From NCBI GenBank assembly GCA_964658305.1, contig OZ210884.1, forward strand, positions 1,860,001 through 1,924,000: a stretch of 64,000 nt of DNA. The letters are read 5' to 3'. Of the stretch, positions 1-12,200 are shown in pieces. The position numbers and the translations under genes were made by a program. The first letter of the stretch is position 1. Every line of letters starts with the position of its first letter. The stretch comes from Leptogorgia sarmentosa (lineage: Eukaryota). The notes below the pieces were generated by a model. The model searched no databases and was not told the DNA's origin. It was given only the letters and a program-made list of their open reading frames with translations.

Positions 1-3000
1 TTGTTCTCAGTAGCTACGAACCAGTGAATTGGGTTCTTAATATACCATCTCACACAACTATCGCAAAAGTTATCCTGGTTAGTAAAGAAATTCCCTAAGG
101 TCAGGGGCGCAGCGAAGGGTATACATTTTGGGGAGTGCGAGATAAGTTTTTGCCGACAAAAGGTCGTGGTTAGGGCGTGTTTTGGGCGTCGACGAACCAC
201 ACCATATTTAATTTTGAAAGGATTATACCATATATAATATCATTGTTGTCAATTTCCTGGACGCTGATTGGCGAAAAAGCTTCAACAACTGTGCAGATTA
301 AACATTAATTGCACGGTTTCGGGCACGCGGTACATTCTAAAAACAAATAAATAAACGCTTATCAACGCTAAAATTCTTGTTTTTTTCGTCATTTATTGTC
401 AACTTTGGACAAAAATGTTTAGTGAACGTGTACTACAATAATATATTATTAATACGAAATTACACTTGTTCTCGAAGTATTAATGGAAAATTGCACTTGT
501 GTTTGGCAAGAAAATTGCACTTGTGTTTTTCCTATACTAATTGGTTGAGAGTGAGAACGATTTATTTTCAAAATACCCGAAACAATTTCTTAAAATACAT
601 GGTAAAATATTGAGGTAACTGCCGAAATAGACAGAAGTGATTTTCATCGTCGCCGCCGAACGGGCTCAGGAGTGGTGGTGCGGCTGTGAATACTGTACTA
701 AATTGGAGGGGTAAAAATTCCCCTGGGAATTTGGAGTGCCTAGATCATCGGAAATGGAACTTTTGGGGTCTCATATAGACGTATCTTTCGTTGATTATGA
801 CATATTCTTACCGAAATACATTTTGACGTTTTCGATCCGATAGCCAAAGTTTTCAGAAATAGCATGTTCACTTAGGCCACCTATTGATTTCACACTCAGT
901 TTGGCGACAACATGTGCCGACGGACATAGTCGATGACATTACGCCCTTGAGTAAGATAGTGCGGTCATATCTATTTTGTTTAAGAGGATATTTTTTTCTG
1001 ATACGCGTATTTTCGGTGCAATATGCCTAAAACGCGAAATCTTCTTGGCTTCTCAAAATGACATTTTTTCTATGATTATTATGTCGATGAAACAGCTTGC
1101 TGTTTGCCAAACCGTGCTTGGGGTTTCAGAAAGTTAAAGGAATATAAAAATTAAGAGCGCCAATAACCGGCCCAACCAGCTGGAAGAATTTGTTTACAAC
1201 CATTCAAGTAACATTTCAACGTGATTTAATTTCTATTAGGCATACTCTTCAAAATCTTTTTACTTTGGTTTGATATCATAAATTATGAAGCCATTTAAGT
1301 TTTATTCTGACATGTGAGAAACCTGAAAATTCAAAATATGAATTTCCACCATGATCTTGACTATTGAGCGCGAAATACGTGACATGGAGAAAATTTTCGC
1401 CTGTATATGTTTGCCGTGTCAATGATAAACGCATCTTGCCGGAGATTCTCCTATGATTTTGTAGTATTTTCATTTGTTTGTTATTATAATAATGTTTTAA
1501 CGTACCATTCCTACCACAAATGACATATATCAATTATTCTCAATATACAAATTTAAAAAAAATGTAATTCTCAACAATATGAGCATATATTCTCTACTTT
1601 ATAATAAAATGGAATGTTAAAATGCTGGAATATGTATTAGTTATAGGTTTCAGTACTTGAAAACTGAATTATTTCTTATCCTTAATTTTTCATGTTATTA
1701 TTTTTTGTAGGTGGCTTACGACATATTAGAAAGTTCGGTCAGCGGTGACGTCAGTCGAGTGAAAAACTTTGAACGAATTGGAATGACGAATTCCGAGTGG
1801 TCTTGTGGATTCGGGAGTGATTTAGGTGGATGCAATACAGTTAAGAATTTGAAGTAAGGAAATAATTAATCTCAGGGCCGCGCATCCATTTTCATGTTGG
1901 GAGGTTCAATTGAATAAAAAAATGTTGATATCACGTGTTTTGCATCGCATCAAAATCGACTGCGACATTTAATTGAAGGTGCGTCAGCATACCTGTTATT
2001 TGCTCTTTTCTGCGCCAACCTTGCGCCGTTTACGTCTTTACATGACAATCGACAAACGAATTCACAAGTTGAAATTTGATGAAGAACAGTAACGCGATGC
2101 AAAGAAATGAGTCGGACCCAGAATATATCAGGGCCGTATTAAGTTTCACAGGGCCAGTGGTATTTGGTGAAGTTTAACTAGGGGCCATGGATATGTTCAG
2201 CTAACCGTACTATTGTGCTGTTCTGGAAAAAATTAAAAGGTTATATTATTCTAGAAAGAATTAAAAGGTCACTATATGCCATATTACTTGGGGGGGGGGG
2301 GGGGGGGGGATAATACTGGTAATACTCACTTGCCGCCCCCCCCCCCCCCCCCGATCGCGCCAGCCCTGTTTAATCTAGGATGTGCTAAACAGGGAAACAG
2401 TTGATATTCATTAGTTATCACGCAGTTAAGGAATACGTTCATGACATCCAATTGCCAAGCTAAGGTAATTTCCTGTAAATATTACAGACAATTTGCTCTT
2501 ATCTCAATTTACTCTTATATTTCGCTTGTTTTTTGATAAAAATTATTCAAAGGCACCGTATTACGTAACAGTGTAAAACAAAATGATGAAGACCTGTTTT
2601 CGGGCGAGAATCAAACCATATTTGTGGTACATCTGGGCCATCTTTCAACCAGTTTCGATCGATTTGTATAAGTTATTATGGCTTGCTTTCACGCAAAAAT
2701 CACGCTTTTGTCTTCCGTCTTCAACTATTGTCGTTTTTTAATGATAAAAATGGGTAATTTCTAGAAAGCTTTTGATGTGACAACAACGAGTTCATCTTAT
2801 AATTGATTAACCCAGAAAGCCAAAAAATTAATTTGAAACATTTTAAAACAAGCTGAGACATGAGCCAAGTACTTAGATATCATTCGGTGTAAAATAAAAC
2901 TTTATTGCAATACACTGCGTGTAAGTGATGGCAGCTATTAATATTTCATGGCCGATATATTTCTCCCCATGGATCCTGACTTTTTCATTTTTCGCAATAT

Positions 3001-3222
3001 ATTATTTTTAGGTGCAGAATTGTTGAACAATTTTCGTCTGGATGATTAAATTATAAAAGGATTTATTGCGGATGATATTGTAAAATTTTCACCTTTATTG
3101 CGTTTTTTTATTTGCCAGACAAATTCATAAAAGTTTTGGAGTAGTGACTTCATTCCAAGGCACTTACAGAAAAAGCCAATGGTCTTTGGAGTTATCCGTC
3201 TTTAACGGGAGTGTAAATAATG
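1..3222 (+). CDS. Gene P module 1 (partial): exons B <1-77, C 1711-1853, D 3119-3222
   Basis: VLSSYEPVNWVLNIPSHTTIAKVIL | VAYDILESSVSGDVSRVKNFERIGMTNSEWSCGFGSDLGGCNTVKNLK | QIHKSFGVVTSFQGTYRKSQWSLELSVFNGSVNN; canonical splice sites. Confidence 0.88.
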
Positions 3223-6200
3223 GTAGGATTATTTTCCCTTACAAAAATACACATGTAAAAACCCACATGTGAAACACATGTGGTTCACATGTGATTCACA
3301 TGTATTTCAGTTGTGCCTTACTAACCAATTGATGCAACTATATTTTTGGAACATGAAGTACTTTAAAGCCGCCTGAGGTTTTTGTCATGGCAACACGAAC
3401 GGAAATTTATATTTCTGTATTTTTTTTAAAACTGTCAAAATATCAGCTTTTATCTTGGTTTTATTGGCATATTTTTTTAATTTGGAGAATCATTTGCTAT
3501 CCGTACGTTATTAGGACTAAGATAAACTTGAATTTGGTGCGAAATACTGCATTTATTTGCATGAAATAAATTACGGCCTTTGATACAAATAGTAAATTAC
3601 GCAAAACAAAAGTTCATTGCCGACAATATATTGACGGCGAACTTATCGGTCCTGTGTGTCAATTCATGGTCGTTTCTTCCACTTTCTCAGCGTTTTATAT
3701 CTTCTGAGAAGGCTTTTCAAGTCTTACAGCATAGATATTGTCTTTGTTTTCGCCTTTCCAAAAGCTTTAAGCCTTTAAAAAGCTTCTTAAAAGCTTTAAA
3801 AAGCTTCTCATGATAGTCCGCCATATTTTTGAGATCAGTGATGACCACCCTTCGACGATGACCCAAAGTGGCGGCCAAATCGAGCAACTTTGGACTCCGC
3901 TATGCTGCCCATTACCCAGGTGCAAATAGCCGTGCGAAATTATTACCCTCGCCCAGGGCTAACGCCCGGACGCGCTTCACGCCGTGGCTCGGGGATGAAA
4001 GTTTAAAATGAGCGACGAGGAGTATTTTGAGAGCGAGTTTTATTACCCAAAGGTTGACAATGAAGGATACGAAACCGTTTTTTGTCAGTTTAACTTTGAG
4101 ATCATTTTGAAAAGCACATAATTATGCCTTATAATAAAAAAACTTACGGACTTCCAATGCCCGGGCTGTGCGGGAAAGTATCAAACCTCAGTTTGATATT
4201 TTCCCGCACAGTATTGCTTTTCCTTAAGAAGACCATTTGTATAATATACGAAAAAATATTTTGCGAATTTGTTTTTCAGGTACAAGCGTAAATACATCTA
4301 TTTTTCCTACGGCTTGGCCAAAGGTTCGAAGAGTGAAATGCTCGTCCGGCTATTGCTCTGGGCAAACTAATATGAAACCTGTTTGTAAAGACGGATACTG
4401 CTACTGCAATGGAAAGGATTACGATTACGATACTTGTTTGCGTGAGTTCTGACGTGGTTGGTTTTAAACACTGAGCTAAAGAATTACTGGAGAGAGTGCA
4501 CGCCCCCAAAAGTTGAAGCCAAAATAATGGCGTGGATTCATGCTTGCCACGTCAGATCCACGCCACTTATTCCTAATTTTCATTGGAGCAACACTGACCA
4601 GAACTAACTTTGAGCCCACTAAAGATTTGTTTTCGCGAAAATATTTTGGTTTTTGCATAATATTTTTCGGTTTTTCTTCCTTTTTTGACATTCTGATATC
4701 ATTTGCTGTCTTCAAGACGACTCAAGAATTGGCGACATCTATTCTAGTTAGTTAAAAATTAAGCGGCACAGATATTCAGAGCTCGAAAATCTCATTTGAA
4801 ACTTGAAAGGTAGTCTCTTTAGAAAATATTTTATTCAATTTTTTTCATAAAAAGGGATTACATTTACTTTTCTGGCTGAAAAAACTCTGCTTTTTTATAG
4901 AACGTTTTTATATCAGCCGTGCAAAAATTCGGCCTATAAGACCGCTGTTGGTCAGTGGAAATTATAAGAGAAACAACAACCAGTGGCGTCAGCAACGGTA
5001 AAATCCGCCATGTTTTTGGCTTCACCCCTTTGTATGGAAATAGTCGAGTGCACTCTCTCCAGTCTTTCTTTAGCTCAGTGGTTTTAAAAAAGTGAATTAA
5101 TTGAAATGTTAGGGCGGGGGGGGGGCGTTTACATTTCTATAGAACCTTTGGTTTTTATGTTATGTCAACAAGAATAAATGATAATGCCCCTCTTTCCTTT
5201 ACCAGCAAGTATTGTGTCTATTACATAACTGTATTAACTTCAAGTAATGAGGTTACCACCTATCTCTAATATCTATTCTATACATAGGATGTCATGATTT
5301 TGCAATATTTCCATCAAGGTCGTAGAAATTATAACAATATCTGTCCGAAAATTCCACCAATTCGTGAAGAAAACAAGCCAAAAAAAATAATATTGAAAAA
5401 GTGTTAATTTTGAAAAGAATTTAACATGAGAATAACACGAAGCAAGACAAGACATGAACATGGAAAGAACGTGACAAGAAAATCACATGAACATCTCATG
5501 AACGTATAGGAAATTCGTGAAAAGATCGAAAATTTCCTATAATATTAAGAAGCTAGTACGGGTTGTTTCCCGGACTTGGCAATTTTATCTATTGCATCTG
5601 CCAACATAATTATACCGAGATAATTAAGTTACAGTTTGTTCGACAAAATTGCACTCATTCGTAAAGTGTTCGTATGTTAACCAAGGCAAACATTTGCATG
5701 TCATCTCGATTAAGACGTTTCAGAAGAGTACGATTAATAGTTTTTCTCTTTTTTGCGTTGCGTAAAATTCTTTTCAGAATACGTTTTTCTTGGATATTAA
5801 ATGATTATTCAACATCCGCTTTCTCGGTCATTTGAACGCCTCGTGACACCGTGACACTTGAATAAACAACTTTTCCTTCCTCTAGCTGATGCTTATGGAT
5901 GTAAAATTGTTGCAAATTCTGATACCACCTTCACTTGTACTCCTGAAAACAGTTCATCAAAGTACGAGGTGCATGTACTGGCTGTGTACGAGGTTATCAA
6001 CAGACGTCCTCCAACAGCTGGTGATTCCAACGTCAATATCATCAGTGGTGGAAAATCCAACAGACCCATTATACTTGTGCTTGTTAGCTACGAACCTGTA
6101 AACTGGGTTCTTAATATTCCACCTGACATTATCATCGACAAAGTTATCCTGGTTAGTACAAAACACGTTAAAGAAGTATCATAGTTTATATGCGGTCATA

Positions 6201-9200
6201 GCTATCTCAAATTTCTAAAAATGTTGACGAACAAATGGCAATAAATTACAGCTTCTGCTGTACCTTCTGCTATCATCTTGTGTTTAATGACTGCCAGCCT
6301 TTCTCAATCACACTACCCCATTAGGGTATTTATTGCATCGTTTTTGGTTTGTAGAATTATTTACTTAGGTCGAATTTTTTTACCATTGTTGGAAACAGAT
6401 TGTAATTTGTAATGTATTTCAAAACAGATCTAGACTGTCATTACAATTTAACACTAAATTTCGAAATTTCACGTAGAAAACGCGCATGAAGAAAACCTAT
6501 TCTTGGCGGAAATGGAACTTTTGGGGTCTCATATAGACGTATATTTTGTTGATTGTCACATATTCTTACCGAAATACATTTTGACGTTTTCGATCCCACA
6601 GCCAAAGTTTTCACAAATAACATGTTCTCTCAAGTCACCCATTGAATTCACACTTATTTTGGCGACAAAAGGTTTCATGTGTCGACGAACATAGTCGATG
6701 ACATCACGCCCTTGAGTATGGTAGGAGGTTGATGTCTATTTTGTTTAAGAAAATTTTTTTTCTAACACGCGTATTTCCGATGCAATATATATGCTGAAAA
6801 TAAACCTGCAATCTTTTTGGCCGGCCAAAATGAAATTTTTCTATTACTCTTTTCTCGATTAAACAGTTTGCTATTTGCAAAACCGTGCTTGGGGAAAGTA
6901 AAAGGCATGAGAAAATAAAATAAAAATTAGGAGCGTCAATGTTCGTATAACCGGCGCAACCAGCAGGAAGACTTTGTTTATAACCATTGAAATGATATTT
7001 CAGACGTAATTTTCTATTTGGCGTACTCTCGAAAATATTTTTACTTTGGTATGGTATCATAAATTATGAACCTATCTAAGTTGGCTTGCCAACTGAGAAT
7101 TCAAAATGTGAGTTTCGATCATCTTGAGTATTGAGCGCGAGATACGTAACATGTAGGAAATCTTCGTCTTAGCTCATAACTTTGCCGTTTCAAGCATAAA
7201 CGCATCTTGCCGTAGATACTCCTATGATTTTGAAGTGTTTTCATTCTTTTGTTATTATAATAATGTTTTAATTTATCATTCCAAGCACAAATGATATAAA
7301 AAATTATTTGTTATTCTCAATATTATTCATGTTATTTCTGTAGGTGGCTTTCTATATATTAGAAAGTTCCGTCAGCGGTGACGTGAGTCAAGTGAAAAAT
7401 ATTGAACGGATTGGAAGGACGAACTCCGAGTGGTCTTGTGGATACGGGAGTGATATAGGTGGATGCAATACAGTTAGGAATTTGAAGTAAGTAAATAACA
7501 GGGGCGCTTGAACTGTGTTTACCAAGTTATTTTGTAAACGAATAATAACTGTTAGTGCATAGGCTCTATACTTTAAAAAAGAATAGCCCTGTAACATCCC
7601 ATTCATTTGACAGACAAATACACAGACTGTTTGGTGTCGTGACGTCGTTTAGAGGCACTTACAGAACAAGTCGATGGTCACTGGAGTTGTCGCCTTTTAA
7701 CGGGACTGTAAACAACGGTACGTTTTTGCATTAATGGATTCAAATTCTCCCACTTTACCGGAACTAACAAGGAGTAGAAAGTCTTCCTTTTCAAAACTGC
7801 TGCAACTTTCTCGAAGTCATTTGAAAATTTTGAAACGAGAACATAGAGAGGAAACGCATTCCCTCCCACCACCGGCCTCCGCCCCACCGTTCGCACCATG
7901 GAAAGTTACAAATTAGTTTAGAAGTATCTAAAGTTGTAACGTAAATAAATTTTGAGTTAAGAATGTGCTATTACACATATTGGGCCTCGAAAGGATAGTT
8001 TTCCTGGAGAAGAATTGGCATCAACACATTATATATATATCTTGTAAAGTTTATTTTTAGGTTCCAACCCAATCACAGAAATCATTCCCACCTCTCGGCC
8101 AACAATTCGGAGACAGAAATGCGGGGGCATTGACAGCAATTGCCCTGAACAATCTGAAGACATGAAAGCTTTCTGTAAAGATGGATACTGCTACTGTAAT
8201 GGGACGGACTATGATTACGACACTTGCCTGCGTAAGTTCTTTAATTGCTTGATTTTCATTGCAAGTTGTTGTTATTACACATGTTTACCATCCTATCCAA
8301 CAGGTACGATCTGTGAGATCAGAGGTTGTCAAAATCGTGCATTTTGTTGCCTGGGGTCGGTTGTATAAAACTCTTAACTATCCGTTTCGTAGTTAAACGG
8401 TAGTTAACTTTGAAATACCCGTTTCTGATTGGTCAATTTTCCCATTTAACTATAGTTAACTTTAACTAGTACGTTTTAATACAACCGGCCCCTGATCTTT
8501 AACCATTTCCGCTAAATCTTACCACGCTTTTGCATTGCTATAATATGACACGAACCAAGGGGAAATAATTATCAAAAGATCTTGAATAGAACTTTAAGAG
8601 AAAATACATCTCAACAACATGAAAACTAGCCGAGGAAAACATCACATTACACTGCAAACATGATGAGTGCATAACAGGAATATGGCGAAGCAAATTATAA
8701 GAACAAACTTCCAAAATTATGTAACTATCGCTTTCTCTGTAACATACCCGGCTGCTGATGCGTAAATATAAACTTTTCTGTTACCCCAGCTAGCTGATGG
8801 ATATGGATGTAAAATTTTTGCAAATTCCGATACCACCTATATTATTTTATTCGACATGCGCTTAATTTCTCGCTCATTTGATCGGCTCCCGACACCGTGA
8901 CACATGACTAAACAACTTTTCCTTACCCTAGCTGATGCATATGGATGTAAAATTGTTTCAAATTCCGATACCACGTACACTTGTACTCCTGATAACAGTT
9001 CACCAAAGTACGAGATTCATGTACTGGCTGTGTACGAGGTCACCAGCAGCCGTTATTCAACAGCAGCAACAGCTAAGGCCATGGTCGATATCATCAATCG
9101 TGGAAAATCCAACAGACCAATTATACTTGTGCTCGTTAGCTATGAACCAGTAAACTGGGTTCTAAATATTCCTTCAGGCGTAACGATCGGCAAAGTTATC

Positions 9201-12200
9201 TTGGTTAGTACAAAATAATTTAAAGATGTTTGACAGTTTGTACGCGGTCAAATCTGCGGGTTTTGAAAGCTAACAATAAATTGCATTAAATTACAAATCG
9301 GACAAATTGTAATAAATTACAGGGGCCCAAAAATAGGTTCTCTCACACTGGGTTTCATCCACCCTTTTAGCTGGCGAAATAATTGCTTAGGCCAGATCTA
9401 ATTTCACCACAGTTTGAAAGAAATTATAATTTGTACTGTACTACAAAAAGATACGAGACTCTCGTTACATTTTAACACAAAATTTGGAAATGTCACAAAG
9501 ATAACGCGCATGAAAAAAATCTTATTTTTGCGATCTTTTACGCAGGAAAATCTAGCAATTAAATTGCAATGCTTATACGCGGAGAGGCTGAGTGTTAAAC
9601 AATTTTCAAAAAGCCAAACAATTTTAATACCTTTATTCTTTTGAAAAAAAAAGATGGATATCCCATAGCCTGAGTACGGCTAAAAAATTTGAATTGGAAG
9701 TCCGAATTACTGAAGCTTGTAACAATCCAGTTTTCGGACGTTCGTGTCAGCTTGAACAAAATTTCTGAAATTAATTACTTTTTTTAAATTGCTCCATATT
9801 TTCACGTGATTAAAAGCCAAGCACTAAAGTAGCTCACATCAACGAACTTGCTAGAATAAAGGATACATTTTAACACTAATTGACTGCCGTAAATACCGAA
9901 GTGTCGTGTTGGCGTTCGCAACGAACACAATGTCCTTAATTTTTTCCGCCCTCATAATTTCAGATATTTTATTTTTCTAGTTTAATTTTTTTAATTATAA
10001 TTCCTGTGCACATCTAGTTAAAAATGTTACGTTAATATTAAATACTTGTATAATTTTCAGTATTTCATGTTATCTTGTGTAGGTGTCTCATTATATAGTG
10101 GAAAGTGCAGTTAGTGGTGATGTAAATAGGGTGAGAAGTATTGAACGAATTAGAACGAAGATTTCGAATTCAGAGTGGGAAACGGGATACGGAAGTGTTT
10201 CTGGCGATGGGGGGACAGTAAAGACTCTCAAGTAAGTAAACAGTAAATTTTTATCAATTTTATCGTTAAATTTGCAAATCTGTAACATCCCATTCATTTG
10301 ACAGACAAATACACAAACTGTATGGAGTCGTGACGTCGTTTAGAGGCACTTACAGAACAAATCGATGGTCACTGGAGTTGTCGCCTTTTAATGGGACTGT
10401 AAACAACGGTACGTTTTTTGCATTAATGGTTCAAATTTTCCCACTTGTGCGGGAAATAACTGCCTAAACCGCGGCTAACAAGGAATGCAAAGTCTTGATT
10501 TTCAAAACTGCTGCAAGTTTCCCGAAGTCATTTGAAAATTTCGAAACAAAAACGCAGAGAGGAAACACATTCCACCCCACCACCCGCCTCCGCCCCACCG
10601 TTCGCTCCATGGAAAGTTACAAATTAGTTTAGAAGTATTATTGTAAGTATTATTAAATAAATGTAATTATTTTGTAACGTAAATAATTTTTGTTTTAAGA
10701 ATGTGTTGTTACACAAAATGTTATTCGAAAGCAAAGTTGCCCTGGAGAACGATTGGTATCAGCACATTTACCTTGTAAATTTTATTTTTAGGTTCGAGCC
10801 CAATCACAGAAATCATTCCCACCGCTTCGCCAACAATTCGGAGACAGAAATGTAGGGGCATTGAAAGCAATTGCCCTGGCCAATTGGGAGACATGAAAGC
10901 TTTCTGTAAAGATGGATACTGCTACTGTAATGGCACGGGCTATAATTACGACACTTGCTTGCGTAAGTTATTTAATTGTTTGATTTTAATTGCAAGTTGT
11001 TGTTATTACACATGTTGACCATCCTATCCAACAGGTACGATCTGTGAGATCAGAACTTGTCAAAATCGTGCATGTTCTTGCCTGATCTTCAAGCATTTCC
11101 GATAAATCTTGCCACGCTTTTGCCATTGCTATAATATGACAAGAACAAAGGGGAAATAATTATCAAAAGATCTTGTTTGAATTGAACTTTACACGAAAAT
11201 GCATCTCAACAACATGAAAACAAGCCGAGGAAAACATCACAGTACACTGCAAGCTTGATGAGTGCATAACAGGAATATGGCGAAGCAAATTATAAGAACA
11301 AACTTCCATGATGATGTAACTATGGCTTTCTCTGTAACATACCCGGCTGCTGTTGCGTAAATTTAAACTTTTTTGTTACCCTAGCTAGCTGATGCATATG
11401 GATGTAAAACCTTTGCAAATTCTGATACTACCTATACTTATTCGACATCCGTTTTCTAGCTCACTTGATCGGCCCCCTACACCGTGACACTTGAATAAAC
11501 AACTTTTCCTTCCTCTAGCTGAAGCGTATGGATGTAAAATTGTTTCAAATTCCGATACAACGTACAGTTGTACTCCTGATAACAGTTCAGCAAAGTACGA
11601 GATTCACGTACTGGCTGTGTACGAGGCATCTGGTACTGCTAATGTCAATATGAACAGCCGTGGAGAATCCAACAGACCCATTATACTTGTGCTTGTTAGC
11701 TACGAACCCGTAAACTGGGTTCTTAATATTCCACCGGACATTATCATCAACACAGTTATCCTGGTTAGTACAAAACACGTTAAAGAAGTATCACAGTTTC
11801 TATGCGGTCATAGCTATCTCAAATTTCTAAAAATGTTGACGAACAAATGGCAATAAATTACTGCAGCGACCTTCTGCTATCATCTTGTGTTTAATGATTG
11901 CCAGCGAAAAAAATAGCCTTTCTCAATCGCACTACGCCATTAGGGTATTTATTGCATCGTTTTTGGTTTGTAGAATTATTTACTTAGGTCGAATTTTTTT
12001 TTTACCAATGTTGGAAACAGATTGTAATTAGTAATGTATTTCATAACAGAACTAGACTTCATGTCATTACAATTTAACACTAAATTTCGAAATTTCACGT
12101 GGAAAACGCGCATAGAAAAAACCTATTCTTGGCGGAAATGGAACTTTTGGGGTCTCATATGGACGTATCTTTCGTTGAATGTGAAATTGATTACCGAAAT

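Noticed and set aside
2290..2352. Poly-G / poly-C pair as a functional G-quadruplex or hairpin
   Set aside because: Lies at the end of a hAT-like element; homopolymer lengths are also unreliable.
5858..6184. ORF-track entries such as MNKQLFLPLADAYGC... read as standalone small genes
   Set aside because: Similarity between copies begins at an AG and ends at a GT; these are internal exons, and the listed starts are intronic.
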